In this document: positions 27,001 through 42,000 of the stretch, in pieces
How positions within the stretch are numbered: position 1 is the first letter of the stretch
Layout of the letters: every line of letters begins with the position of its first letter
DNA from: an uncultured Planctomycetales bacterium
GTDB lineage: Bacteria; Omnitrophota; Gorgyraeia; Zapsychrales; Fredricksoniimonadaceae
DNA: 64,000 nucleotides
Reading direction: 5' to 3'
Assembly (NCBI GenBank): GCA_964583975.1
Contig: CAZOXU010000003.1
Location: forward strand, 92,153 to 156,152
Made by a program: the position numbers and the translations under genes
Notes under the pieces: model-generated
What the model saw: the letters and a program-made list of their open reading frames with translations, nothing else
Database searches by the model: none
Told to the model about the DNA's origin: nothing

Positions 27001-30000
27001 TGATTCTGTTTCAAACAAGTGGGTAAAGAGTTCCCCGGCACTTTGCACATGAGTTGCCGTAGCTTGCATTAACGCAAACACATCGGTTACAGGTTTCTTC
27101 TGGCTTAAGGTATAGAAGGCCATATATAAGATCTCATTGGCCTTAGCAAATTTCTTAGACACCTTGTATCGGTTATTTGTTGGATCAATGATAAATTTAA
27201 TTAAATCCTCACGTGTATCTTTGTTGATCAGGTTTAATCTGAACAATTCAGCTATGACAGTCTCCAAATACTCTTGAACTGGTTCACCATTTGGTGTGAT
27301 AACACCATGTTGCTTTTCAACATTAATAAACTCTTGTAACCATTTTTGGAAGAAGGTCTGTGCATTGACTTGTCTTAAACGAACAATGGCCTTAGGTCCA
27401 ATTAAAGAATGGAATGTTCGGCTCCATGTGCTATTAGCTAATTGGATATAGCTTAAAATAGCATTGGCTGCATGGAAGGTAGATAATAAGGTTGGTAAAG
27501 CCATGAGCACAAATAAGCTTATTGTGGCAAAGAACCCAAAAGTCGCTGGCTGCAGAATGGAGAATTTCCAGAAAATATGATGAGCAATCCAGCCGAATTG
27601 ATAAATAGAAGCTATACCATAAACAATCATCCAGAAAGGTCTTTCACGTAATTGTTTGACCTTACCAAAGATCATGGCTGGCCATCCTAAAGATAAGACA
27701 ACGGTGATTAATCCAGGAGCAACCAAGCGGCTTGTGATCAATAAATAAATGCCTGTTGTTAAGCCTGCAGCCATGGTGAGCAAGGCTAAGGCAACTCTTA
27801 CACCCTTCATACCCCAGAAGCCACGAACCATAAAGGCCATTGGAACAATGATTCTGACAATCCAAAGATTTGAACGGCCGCGCCAATGTTTCAATAAATT
27901 ATCTGCTCCTAAAGCATAGAATGATTTTTCCTTGGCTAATTGTTTGGTGCGGTCAATTAAAGGTTGAGTGAATTTAATGACGCTTCTAGCAAATTCTAAA
28001 AGTCCGGCATATTTTGCATTTTTGTCTGCATCTGTGGCAGCATTGAATTCTGCAACCTTAGATTTATATGTTTTCCAAACGTTTTCTTGGAAGTAGTTAT
28101 TCACTGCCACATAACGTTCTTGGTGGGTAGTGGCCCCTGTAAGGTTATTGGCAGCATATAATTGTTCAACAATTTCTTCAAATCCATGGCGAGCTTGTGA
28201 ATCTCCTTTTTGGCTTAAACGATCAAATAAATCAATAATATCGGTATCTTTAAAGATTTCTGGTGTTCTGAAGCTAGGTTGGTATGGTCGAGTGGCGCTT
28301 TCTGTTATCAATTTAAATAAGCCTGGAGCGCTTGCATTACCATACCATTGATTGATTTGGAACATGGTAGTCCAGAATGATGCATGAACCTTCATACGAT
28401 CCAAGGCGGCAACGGCATTTTCGTTTTCTAATACATGAAGAACATCGCGAGCTACAAAGAAGGCCAATGGATACATGGTTGCAATTGCCCCCATTGAATG
28501 GCTTTGGGTGTCTGAAGGAGCCATTTGAATGAAGCGAATCATGATAAATTCACGTACGGTCTTGGCTTCTACAATTGGAGCAACTGGATATGGGTTTGCA
28601 ACAATCTTGGTTTTATCAGCTTCTGCTCCATTTAATTGATTAATGTTCAAGGCAAAGAAGGTGAAAAGGTCTGAAATGATGGTGTTAAACACATCTTCCT
28701 TACGATCTGCTGGGATCTTAACCCCTGTTGTACCAAATAATTGATCAAACAAGCTGTTGAACATTGAACGCACAACGGATTCTTTAAGTAATTCTGTGAT
28801 AAAGGCACGTAAGGTCTTGATCTTGCTTTGAGCTAAATAGTCAGCTGCCTTTTGAGCTACGATTGTTTCGCTGTCGACTCCAAAGTATCGGCTGTTAAGT
28901 AGTTGTCGTAAGATACGGGCTTCTGGGGTTGGCAACAGGCGATTAATATTTGAGAAGTCTCCAAATGCTATTTGGTTTAATACTTCATTTTCTACATCCA
29001 CTAAAGCCTTACGAACCATTTCATCTTGAGCGATCATACCCTCTGCTGGATTTAAGGCGATACCAAGCGCTTGAGCAACTAATCTTAAGCCTTCGTTTGT
29101 CTTGGTGCGAGGATCAACGTTTTCATCAGCAAATACGATCTTTCGAGATTTAAATGCATTAACTATATTTACGATCTCATCGGCAGTGAAATACTCTAAG
29201 CTATTAAGGTAATTCTTTAAGGATTCTAATTTTTGATCTTCGGAATCATATTTAGCGCCAAGCACTAAGTTTCCATTGAGTTTTTGGATAACGACTAACT
29301 TCTCTGCTTCGATTTCGCTTAATCCTGCACGCTTAATTAAACGTTTAACTGAAGCTGTATTAGCATTGGTCTTAGATAAGACGTTTTTAATAGATACGAC
29401 TATTCTGCTGCCTCGGATCCAAGGATACATTAATAAAGCTACCAAAAGGCTTAAACCATAGAAGACCAAAGAAACGATTTGATCAACAGCAGCATGATTC
29501 TTCAAGAATGGAACATCGAACATGGCTCCCAAACGATAGAATTTACGTAAACCTTCGACAAACAATGGTTTTGTTGGTGCAAGGATTGTCATTTGAACAC
29601 GATTATCTGGGCTTAAAATTTGATGGTAGATTTCAATCGCATCTTCCTTGTTTGCTGAGAAGTCAAAGGTGTTTACTGTTCTTCCAGCAGGACTATTGCG
29701 GAATTTATCAGCAAATGTTGAATCTATGACATCCATACGAATCTTATTTCCATTTTCAATGGTCGCAAATGGATAACCGTTGGTTTGAGAAACTTCAACC
29801 CTGAAGATACGATCCATTGGGTCAGATACAGCTGTTGTAGAAACGATATTTTCTTTATTTAAAAGGTAATAGTAGTTACCGATTTTCTTGTAGTAAGTAT
29901 CAAATTTGCTATAAAGATACTCTTCAGTTAATGTCTTTTTATTATTGAGGGCTTCCATCACATCAGCTTTAATCATTGGGATACGGTTAATTTGCAATGG

Positions 30001-33000
30001 AAGACTGTCGCGGCTGTAGATCTTGTATTCTTCGTTGATATAGTGTTCCCAAACCACGCTGGTGTTGTAGTTATAGCCGATAATCACATCTGGGTTAACA
30101 ACTTCTCTGCCATCGCGATATTCATAGGTGACATTGTATAAATATTCAAATTTCTCACGATCTGGAGCGCGGTAAACTGTTTCGCGAAGTTTGCGTCCGC
30201 TCTTAAGATCGAAGGATGCCTCCCCTGCTGAAATACCTACAGGGATATGAAGATTATCAGTGTCACCGAATTTCATGAGTCGGATGGCGCCACGGTCAAT
30301 CTTCACATAATCACGGGCTAAAGGATCATCTTCTCCAAGGTATCGGGTCAACACATCTGGGGTACGTTGACCATTGATCATTACGGAACGTTTGATTTCA
30401 ACAAGTGTTGCTTGATTACCATAAGACAAGCCTCGAACAGCCTTCAGAGATGTTGTATCTTTGAACAATTCCTTAATTAAATCAGTGGTTGCAACTCTTC
30501 GAACAGTTTCTAATTCATACGCAAGGCCATTAGCAGAGTATTCAAAAGCAAGTTTAGGATCTTTTTGTCCATCCCATTTGGTATTAACAATTAAATCAGC
30601 AGCTGCAACATTGGTGGTATTGATAAAGGCGATGATACGAGCTAATGGATCTTCATTCATACGATAGAAGTATACGGTGCCGTCGTTGGTGTACTCTACG
30701 CGTGAACGTGTGAATGTGGCTTTAGTAATATCAGCGATACCGATCTCAGAAGCGATATTACGTATAGCTGTTTCAATATTTGTTTTAATTTGTTCTCCAT
30801 GGATACCCTTGACATTTTCAGAAATCAATTTCAAGATGGATTCTTGCAATTGAACACTGTTGAGTGTCTTGTTTTCGATATAGGCTCGAATAACATTTTC
30901 CAATTTAACGAAGTTGCCGTTTCTTAATTGATATAAGCTTGTGTCACGAGAAACTGGGCCAACTTCTTCGGTGATACGATTTTCAACTAAAGATAATCCA
31001 TTGTTTTCTGGTAAAGAATCGATTTGGCCAATGAGTTTCTGACGTTGCAAATCAATAATGAATGAACGAACAACTTTGCCTGCGACAATTTCTTGGGCAA
31101 TTCCAGCTTCAGCAACATTGTCTAATTTGATACTTAGCTCTGGTGCTCTTCTAGCCTCACCAACCGTAACTTCTCCCAAAGTGTAGATGCCATTGATATT
31201 CGTAAATTCGTACATTGGTCGGGTAATAGCATCAACGTATCCAACTAAGGCCTTACCCTTGCTTGGAGCACCATTAGCAAATTCTGTAGCAAAGAACTCT
31301 ACATAAACTTGACCAAAAGTGCTTCTGACTTCTTCGTTAGCACCAGCAACTGGTGCAACAATTGCAAAAGCTTTTTGATAAGCACCTGTCATATCACGAC
31401 GTTCAATAACTTGAACCGCTTTACCATCTATGGTGACTAATAAATTCTTAGCTGTTGCTGTTGCCACTTGAACATCAGGACCTGTAAACTTAGCAATGGT
31501 TTCTTCTGTAGTAGAAGTCACTGTGCCAATTTCAGCATCTTCTTTAGAAGGTGTCATGTAAATACGGCCAACTGTTTCTAATTTATACTTGGTTTCATCA
31601 TCTTGTTTATACTCAACTAGTCGCCCTTTAAGGGCCATGCTTTGGAGAGCTGCCTTACGGATAGCTTCATAGTTATCATTGATTTCTTTTAAGGTTGCAA
31701 ATTCAGCGGTCATATCAGCTTCAGTTTTGGCCTTATTGATAATCAAATAATTTTCATTAAGTTTGGCCTCAATTTCATTGCTGTTCCACAATTCAAATCT
31801 ACTGTTATAACGCTTAACCCATCGTCCAGCTGTTTGGGCAACTTCTTGACCTTCTTTATTGGTAATGGTCTTAATATCTAACTTAACGACTTCGCGAGCC
31901 TTGGTTAAAATGGTTCTGGTTATTTGTGGATCATTCATTTGATCAACTGCAATGAATTCAGCTGTTCCATCATTCCAAACAATCAAAGCATGCTTATCAT
32001 ATTTATTAACGATTTCAGTTTTCAACCATAATTCAAATCCACCTTGATACATCTTCACATATCGTCCTTTAGCCTCACCCTTCATATCTAAGCCTTGAAC
32101 TTCTTGGGCTTGGGTCATAATCAAATCTTGGTTAGCTTTAAGTTGGCTGACAGCCACAAACTCTGTGTTCTTATCTTTCCAAACGACTAAAGTATTGTTT
32201 TGCAAGAAAGCTTCAACTGTTGTTTCTACTTGAACACCATTGATGATCTTTGTAGGTCTAGCTTCTTTGAGAATTACCGTTCTCTTAACACCCTCTGGTT
32301 GACCTTCAACTTGAACCATTTGAGTTTGATTATCAGCCATACGTTTAACCAGTTCGCTTTCGCTATGTACACCTACTCTTACTTGTTCTGCGCTTGCTTC
32401 CCCTTTAGCATAGATTTCAATCTTGCCTGTAATTTGATTTTCTACTTCAATGCCACCGTTTAACAAGACGTTTAATTGAATCAATCGATTTTCTAATGTT
32501 TCAAGACCAGGCTCGAAGATAGCAACTACTTTTCCTTCTTCTACTTTAACCATGACATCAGATTTGAGATTCTTAATAGATGTACGCTGTGTACGAATAA
32601 CTGTATAAGTTGATCCTTCTTTGACTACGTTCGTAGCTTTCACAAACTTAATTGGATTGATACCTTGAAGATCTTCGGCAGCCACTGGCATACGGCCATC
32701 GATGTAGTAAATGACGCCTAAACCATCACGTCCTTGGGTTACTTGAGCTGTAAGTGCATCGCCAGCTAAGAAGATTTGACCATCTTCTGTGACCCAAGCT
32801 TTGCTGGTCACTGTGGTTTCTGTGACTGTGCCTGACACTGTTTCTGGGTTGGCAGCATGTTGAATAAAGTCTGCTAAGCTTGCAGGAATATGGTTGAAAT
32901 CGGTCTTAGGATACATACCTAAAGCCAACATGTTTGGTACTGGACGGCGATCACCAAAGATAGAGGTAATATTAAAGATGCTTTGATCAAATTCATTAGC

Positions 33001-36000
33001 AATGCGTCGGCCAGGATATCCTAATCCATCAATGAGTGTACCTCTACCTTCTTCAGTGATACCTAAGTAAGTGTCGTTTTGGGCTCTTGCAACTTGTGGT
33101 CCTAATCCTTGAGCTTTGTATTGGGCCGCTGTTCTGGTTATATACACCAATTTCAAATCTTGCATCGCTCCTGATTTAACCTCGGTCATCTTACCTGTGC
33201 GCGGATCGAATAATAATCCAATTCCTGTGTTGGCAATGGCATCGTAATTCTCACTGTAGAAGACATTTTGAGAATCGTTGTTAAAGGCATCACGCTGGAA
33301 TTGTTGTTCTTCACCCTTGAAGTAGATACGAGCAAATTTGCCGTTATGGATTAAACCAATTGGAGTCTCTTCATCGGTGACGCCATCATCATGAACACCA
33401 TTTGTTAATCGATCGTTCAATTGAATACCAGCTAAGGTGTACTCAAGCACTGGTCTTCTATAGTCATATTTATTTTCTTCGTCAGAAACTACTGGGATTT
33501 GCTTGGCATTGTGGAATTCAACGATCTCACCGGTGTAACGGTTACGGCTAACAGCGATGATTGTTCTACCTTGATCATCCTTGCCGCTTAACAATTGCTT
33601 TTCTTTGGCCATCATTTGGAGATACTTGGCATTGTTTTGCACCATGTAGGTCTTGCTAGTAAATTCTTGAACATTACCTTTAATGTCTTTTTGTGGAGCT
33701 CGTGGTGAAAGGAAGGCATATTCTAATGTCTTAGTCTTGATGTCATAGATGATACCTGCAGCAAAACCGCCTTGTTCTTTAGCTAATTCAAGATAGTTTT
33801 CAGCTTCACCTGAATGGAACATACCGGTCAACTTACGTAAGCTTTCAATATCCTGAGGTAAGGCATTTTCAAACACTACAAAAATTTTGTCTTTAGATCC
33901 ATAATAGGCGCTCTTAAAGAAACTCAATTCTCTGTTACCGAATCGGTAATCATATTCTGCTACAGGAACAATTGGTAATCGTTCGCCATCTACACCAAAT
34001 ACTAATCTGAATGGATAAGAAATGACTGATCCTAAGGTTTCAACAGCTCCTAAGCGGTAGGTATGGAGACTTTCGAATTCGTTTCGGTTATTAGCTCCGT
34101 AAACCTTCTTCACATCCAAGGTCAAGGTCTGAACTAATCCACCGAAGAAGTTACGTCTAGCATCAATTAACCAGCTTTGATCGCGAATGCTGTCTGTTCT
34201 TAAAGCATTGATTTCTTGTAAGCCTAGGTCGCTTACAAAGATGATGGCCATTGGAGTGTATTGGCTAATCAAGGCAGCTTGAATATCTGCTCCAAATGGC
34301 ATGGATGCCACAACATTCATACCCAATCCATTATTGTTCAACTTTTGGTTATAGATTGTTCCGAAAGCTTGGTAATAGTTATCTTGGATGACAGGATAAA
34401 CTGGTAAACCACGTTGACGGGATTGAGCATCTAGGGTGTCTTGTCTTTCCTTAGCTGCATCCACTGGCTTAGCCTTAGCAGCTTGTTCTTGTTGATCTTT
34501 TAATTTAGCTTCAGCTTCTCGGGTAGCCTTAATAGCATCTTCGGCCATCTTGGCTTGTTCTTGCTTCCAGGCTTGAGCTTTAGCCTCTTCTTTAGCTTTA
34601 TCAGCAGCTTCTTGGGCCTTGGTTGCTTTAATGTTCTCGATGGCTTCTTGGATCTTACGAATTTCATCTTCGATATTGTTTTCATTGGATACCGCTGGGG
34701 TCTGGATAACTTCCGAAGCAGCCTGTGCAGCAACAGTCTTATAGGTATAGACAGTGCTACGATTAGCATTGAAGAATTCTTGTACTCTTAATTTGCCTTC
34801 GGCAGTGAAGAATTGGGCTACTGGAGCATTGGAATTCAAGATAGCCACGCTCTTAGGTGTATCTTTTCCAACTGTCACCAAATGAAGGTTTCTGAACATT
34901 GCATCATATTCTTGCTTGGTGATGCCGTTGATTTGATCAACCACCATGACGACTGGAATGTAATCTGTATCATGTCGCAAGAGATCAACACTGATTCCTT
35001 GTGGAAGTCTTCGGCTGCTGGTTAAAGCAGTGTAGTCTGCACTTGTGACCTTATAGAAGCGGCCGTTGTGTTGGACATACAAGGCGTTTTGGATTCCCTC
35101 AATAATGCTAATCACATCGCCTGATAAAGCCACGCCTTGAGCCTTAGAAGCTTGGTAAGACTTTTGAGCGCGTTGTTTCACTTGAGCATCTACTGAAACT
35201 TTCGATGGATCTTGGGGCAGGGTTCCATCCACATATACAACTGCTTGGGGCAGGGTGATATTAGTTGAGGAGGCTTGAGCTATCTGTGCTGAAGCTTGGG
35301 CACTTAGAGGTATCAGGGTGGCTAAGAAGATCATTGAAGCGATCGAGATCTGCTTGATTGAGCGGCTGCCACGTTTCACTAAGGCCACTGCGTTTGTAAA
35401 TACGGCCATCACCTTCGATGAGGTAGATGTGGATCCTGTTTTGATGGTCACGAGCTGTTGCAATTTGAGACTTAAGGTGAGGAATACGAACAAAGTGCTT
35501 AATCCTAAGAGAATGGCTAACCATGTTGCACCTCCGTTTGTTTGCTTCTTGATTGATTGAAGTTTTTCCTGTGTGACTGTCGTACGAATAGCTTTTCCAT
35601 CACCAAGGTTGAGAGCAGTGGTGACAGAGTTGCGCTTAAGGGTTGCGCCTGAAGCATGGGTAATGTGTTGGGTATTTAAATTATGGGTGGACAGACGAGT
35701 TCCACTGCCATTTACAACTCTTGTAACAGCGGTGGTTTCAAACACTTTTTGCGCCTCTGATTTTTCACCTTGGTTTGGACTTGGAGTCTTAGAACCTTGG
35801 CGCTTGTCAGTTAACGCACGAATCTCATTGGTATTATTTATTATTCCGTTTACTGCACTTACATTATTTGACACACCTATAGAACTGGTGCGAGAGCGAT
35901 TATTGCTTAGACTTCTCGATACTGTATATTGAGCGTCTACGTCGCCACCCACACTACGGGCGCTTATACCTTCTTCGGCGCTTCTCAGACTTCCAGAAGC

Positions 36001-39000
36001 AGCTCCGATTGGGCTAGACACGCTATTTCCGACTTTAGCACTGCTTACTTCATTGGCATTGTTGCTGCCAACAGAACGGGTATTACCAGCTACAACTGCA
36101 TTGCTACTTGCACTACCTTCGCTTATAGGCTCAGCAACTTCCTGAGCTTGCTGCATACGACCTACTACTGTAACTACTTCACTGCTTACTTGACCTGCTT
36201 TACTGCTATTTACTGCTTCGTTTCTGGTGGACAGAGCTTGCGCTAAGCCACTAACTGCGATTTCGTTAGAAACTGTACTACTTTGCACATCTGCTACATT
36301 TGCAACAACTTCTGTACTCTTTCTCTCGTTTCCTACTACATCTGCCTGAGCGATTGAGAGAATCGCTGGCAGAATACTACGTCCCGGATGGTATAACTGC
36401 CACGCTGCTCCGTTGGCGATTAAGGTCTCCTTATCACTGAGATATCCACGGCTGGCTGCAACTAATCCAGCTTTAAATGTTCTTGGAGTTTCAGGCAACA
36501 CTAATATATGTGGTTGTGGAGGCGCAAATCCGCCGCCAGCAACTGTTGGAGCGCTAGAAGCACCTGGATTAGGCGTAGAGCCTGGCACAGGAGCTGGTGT
36601 GGGCCCTGGTGTCGAAGTTACATCAGCCGAAGGCTGACCAGCCTCTGGCTGGGAAGGTACGCTAGCTACTCCCACAGGCGCAGCTTCAGCCAAAGGCTGA
36701 CCAGCCACTGGCTGGGAAGGCATTGGAACTGGTCCAGGTGTTGGCGCAGGAGCCGGTGTTGGTGTAGGTACAGCGTTGGCACCCGGCACTGGACTCATCG
36801 GCAAAGGCATTGGTGCAGCAGGCAGAGGTGATACGCCGCCTGCATTAGGCATTGGCCCAGGCACTGGTGTAGGCGTTGGCATCGGACTGACGGGTGCTGG
36901 AGCTTGTGGCATAGCCGGCACAGGTGAGGTTGCCAATGGTACTGGTCTATCTCCTGGGTTATGGCCATCGTTATCGTCTTGATCTTTACTATTAGAGGTA
37001 GCTGCGCCAGGCATTAAATCCATTACTTGCTTACGGTCATTCTGAGGCGTAGCCGAAGAATCTCCTATTTGAGATCCTTCACTTCGTTCAGGATGACTAA
37101 TGATAACCTGTTGAGCTGAGAGCTTCTCGCCATTCATGCCAGCTAACAGACTAGCCCCCAAAAGTCCCATAGCCTTAGCTTGACCGCGAAGTCGCTGCAA
37201 CCAAGTAAGTTTCTTAGGAACAATCGTTTCTGATGAACTTGGGCTCAAATTAATTTGAGGTTTGCTGTTGAATCGATCAGCTATATTATGGAAGGTACTC
37301 TTAGCTGGCTTAAATTCTTTGATCGCAGAAGAAAGGAAGGCCATTGCAGAGCCAACAAATGGAGATTTAACATCACCGTTGTCTTGTAAAATCTTAGCCA
37401 ATAAATGAACCAAAAGACCCTTTTGAGCCGTTAATACGGTGGAGTTCTTGAATCTCTTAAGAATCACATCAGCCAGCTCTGAGGCTTTTTGTGGATCAGA
37501 TCCATAAACAGCCATGAAGGCTTCAACGTCTTTCTTAATGATACTGATGTCTTTAGCATCTAATCCAATGCCAAGAATCGTCAAAATTTGTTGTAGCCCT
37601 TCTACAACTTTAGCCGTGACTGGTACAAAATAGTTTCTAGCCTTTTCGATTAAATTCTTTTTGTTACCGGCAGTGGCACCTGTAAACTCTAAAGGAATTC
37701 CCGAGAACGCACTGCTTGCCAAGGCATTCATCAATTGCAACACAGCCTCTTCATAAGATTCTTGATTTCTTAAAACTTCTAAAGCGCCTTGTAACTTCAC
37801 ATCTTTAATGACCAATTCTTCACGGCCGTTGCTATCTTTTCTAAATCCAAAGCTCAACACAGCTTGTACGCCACTTGCAATCTCACCCAATGGACGAGTA
37901 AAGACCGTATGATCTGCGATGCTCGTGGTAATATCTTCATATTGATTGACGGGCTTCTTATCTTCATCTTTGGGCTGACGACTTAGCTCATCCTCATTTA
38001 AATTTCTATAAAGAGCCTTGATCTTGGTTAGATCAGCGCCATCAAGAATAGCTAAGAAGCTCTCAGAGGTTTCAGCAACGATAAGCTCATCAACTATCAC
38101 ATCGCCCTTGGCTATTGGTCCATTAGTCTCGATCACTCGTACGCTCTGGCCATTCTTGAGACGTCCTTGTTCATCGATTTCAATGACTCCTTCGACCTTA
38201 AGGACCATGCCATTAATTCTCGTTACAGGCAGAGGATAAATAAATTGATGACTACCAGGAGCCTGGGCCTCAGCACGTACATTTTTCTTTTCTATGGTAA
38301 TAACTAAAGCAATTGGCTTATTGGCTTTTTCAAAGGCACCAGAGGCAATAGCTTTATGTAGGACTTCTTTATCCTTAGTCGTATCAGCTTTATAAATCTT
38401 TCTTGAAGCAACAAACAAGACTTCGGAAGGATTAAGTGTAATGTCACCACCTTCAAGGGTAACTGTCTGTGGCTTATCGGAAGTATTTAAAGCAATTCTA
38501 GCCTTATTGTCTTTATCTCCATACATGGTGAGGACCTTAAGTCCCTCCACAGGAGCCTTGGATATCAAGATCATTTCTGGAGCAATACCGTCGACATACT
38601 TAGGCACATCGCTGCGTTGGATATTGGCATTAAGAGTATTCACCAAAGCTTTTAAAGACCAGGCATCTCTGAATGGCTTAAATTCTTCCTTGGATTGAAC
38701 TTTCTTGGCAAACTCAAACTTCAATTCCAAATCAAATGGTCCGCCAGAAATATCCTCTTCGATCTGTTGACGCAGAGATTGTTCCTTGATCAATGGAAGG
38801 ATATAACCTTGATAATAGGAGCGCATCACTTCTTTAGTTATGCCTATCAAGTGCTGGATTTCTTTTTCAACAGCAATAAATTCACCGTTGAGATTTTGAT
38901 GAGAACGAATACTCATCTCCATGGTCATCTCTTTAGAAATCTTTTGTAACAATTTCTTAGCAGCCCATGGCAGGCGATCATCAGCGATGATTCTGTCGTT

Positions 39001-42000
39001 GTAACGGCTAACAAAGTTTTGGAACATCTTGGCAATGACTTGGAAGAATTCTTGCTGATCGCCGCGCGTGGTGTTTTCCTTGGCTTCTTGCATGAAGCTT
39101 GTCACACTCTGTGGCTCGCTGTTCATGACCACGATATTGCGGAAGATTTGTTCATCGTAAGCGACCTTGCCATTAGCTTGGGTTACCCCTCGAGAACGTA
39201 CTAAACCTTGGTTAATATCATCTGAGCTGGTACGCCTATCAACAAACAAGAACATCTCATCTTGGAACAAGGTTGGAATGGTCTGCCCACGTGAAGAACC
39301 TAACGGTAATAAAACAAAGAAGTCTCGTGCGCCTGATTCAATAAGTTCGTCAACTGATTCTTTAGTAAGAATTTCTTTTGTATCATCTGTCTTATATAAC
39401 ACCCATTCGCCCGTGCTTTCTTGATAGAGCACTGACATATTTCTGCTCTTGGCTACATCCAAGGCTGTGGTTAAGACCATCAAATTATTAGAGGTGTTGA
39501 TGCCTGTGTTGCCATCACGCAACAAGTTAAACATAAAGGCGCGTCCACCATTGGCCTTAGCATCCAAATAAGCATTCATGCGAGCTGCTAATTGTCGTCG
39601 GTAAGCCTCGGTGAATGTTTCGCTGCCTGTGCTTGCAACCTTGCCGTCAAAGGCAACTTCTTTGACATCCATAGAGAATGGCGAACTATTTGTATTTGCA
39701 CTTGGGCTCTCAGCAGGACCAATATATTCCATGCCAAATAACACCTTGGCTAATCTCTTCATATATTCATTAAGCGTTCCAGAAGCCCAGATGACCTGGC
39801 CTTGTTGCATGAACAGACTATCGACATCGAAAGAATCGACGAAGGTGGCATTCTTGCCTTGACCGGATTGGCCGGTGATATTGTCTACCTCAACTCCTGC
39901 GTTTTGGGCCATTAACTTAGCAGCCAAGACGTTGGCCAAACGTTGTAATGGATCGCTGACAACTACGTCATTGTGTCCAATACCTTTTGAATCCATAAGC
40001 ACGGCTTTTTTACCACTTAAAACTAAATCTAAATTACCTTTGCGCATATTAGCAACAGCATTGATAAAGGCATGGGCTGCTGCAATCTTGGCATCGCCAC
40101 CTTCCTGACCACGTAATTCTTCGACGTTAGCGGCATTGTTGCTGGATAATACTTGTTGGACACCTTCTAAGGCTCGAGCCACTTCAACCACAACTTTTTG
40201 AGTCTCGCCATTTTCACCTTCTTCATCAAATTCTTGGACAGATTGAATCTGTTCGATATATCCGGCTAATTGGTCTTGAGCTTCAGCGATTAAACCTTTG
40301 GCTTGTTCATCAAGATTGGTTTCTGTACCTTGTTGGTCAGGGATTTGCAGACCTAAAGATTCCATCCATTCACCACGATAGAGGATATTGCCTGGGCCGC
40401 TTAAAATGTCGACAATCTTCTTGGCTTGGGCATTACCTTTTCTAGATAAACCAATCAGATGCTCTAGGTGTTTCTCAGTGATAAGAACAACTCTATTATT
40501 TTGTACGGTTTCAAGAATGTCTTGGAAGCCGTCTGATTCTTCAAGCTTACCAACACTAATGTCTTGGGCTTGTTGTTCGCTTAAAGCAGGTAAGACCTTG
40601 CTGGTGATTTCGTCATAGCTAGTTTGCAACTGACCGTCACCTGGTTCGACAGAGATCAATTTGGCTCGTCCACGGGTATCACGCAATTGCATGGCCATGG
40701 CAATGACTGCAAAGGTACTTTTTCCAGCACCCATGAAGGCCTTATAAAGGAAGCCCTTACGATCTGATGCTATAGCCTCTTGCAGGGTTGGGAAGAATTC
40801 GGCAAATTGCTGACGATAAAACGCCATTGGGTCGATGTTCTTATCAGGATTAACTTTAATATCAACACCGTTTTGTTGAGCCCAAGCTTGTTGAATATCA
40901 CGTAAATAATTATCTGATGGTGTTGATGCCATGGCTCGATCAGCGCCAGCAGTGGCTAAGCCAGCGTATGGATAGTCTTCACCCATCTTCGCTTCATCTG
41001 TGCCGTAGACATCATTAGCGATCGCGCGTTGGACCTTAGCTGTTTGTTGCTCAGGTTTAATACCTCGAGCCAAGCGATTGCCTTCACTCATAACTGCTGA
41101 AAAATGCATTGGAACAACCGGTAAAGGCATATTGGGCTTAAGCACGCCAGGTACCATTGGGACCATTTCATCAAGAGTAGTGTCATCCTGATCATAGGTA
41201 TTGTCATTCTGAGGAACGCTTTTCAGTGACGAAGAATCTTCTTTGAGATCCTTCGCTCCGCTCAGGATGACATTGACCTTGGCTTGATCACCCTCAAAGA
41301 CAACCTCTAAGATCTGCTTGAGTACCTTGGTACGATCAGCGTCCTTACGTACATCTTCAGGAAGCTCGGCAACGGCTAAGGCAATCTCATCGGAAGAAAG
41401 ACCATCGACCAACTGCATGAGAGCGCCTCGGTGTTCTTCTAACATGGTCGCGACATCTTCCTTAGAATATAATTCCTCGCCACCTAAGCCAACCTGCATT
41501 TGAGTGACTAAAACTGGATCGGTATCTAACATTGGGAATGTTCGAGTTTCGATAAACCATCTAAAGGCATCCAGGGCAGCCAGATCGCCCTTCTTGATCT
41601 TGCTTATCTTAAATTGGACCCATTCAATCTGATCGGCGCGTTGAGCATTATCAGCCGAAACCTTGGTTGAAGAACCTACATTAGAACTGAATCTTTGAGC
41701 GTTTCTAAATAACGGAGCTAATTGAGCAAAGTCATTTTGGACATGCTGACGAACTTGGACTGAAGTCTTGGCCAGCTGAGCAAAATCCATAGGCTTAGCT
41801 GCTTTGATTGATTTAATAGCTAAAGGTATATATGCGCTTGGGCTTGGGAATAGAGGTTTCGTTGATATTTTTATACTTGGTTTTTTGGGTTTAAGAGCTT
41901 CAGGGATGACAATCTTGCCCTTAATAGCTGCCTCGGCTAAAGCTTTCTTTTTCTCTCGGGCTTCCTTTTTATGGATCTGGGCTAAACGCATTAAGGCTGC

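Noticed and set aside
35261-35524. Minus-strand 87-aa ORF preceded by a perfect-looking SD 'GGAGGTG' 6 nt upstream of ATG.
   Set aside because: The ATG is in frame 3k+2, out of frame with the giant ORF. The 'SD' is simply codons GGA-GGT of the in-frame peptide '...KKQTNGGATWLAILLGL...' (a TM helix). The encoded 87-aa product has no recognisable features.
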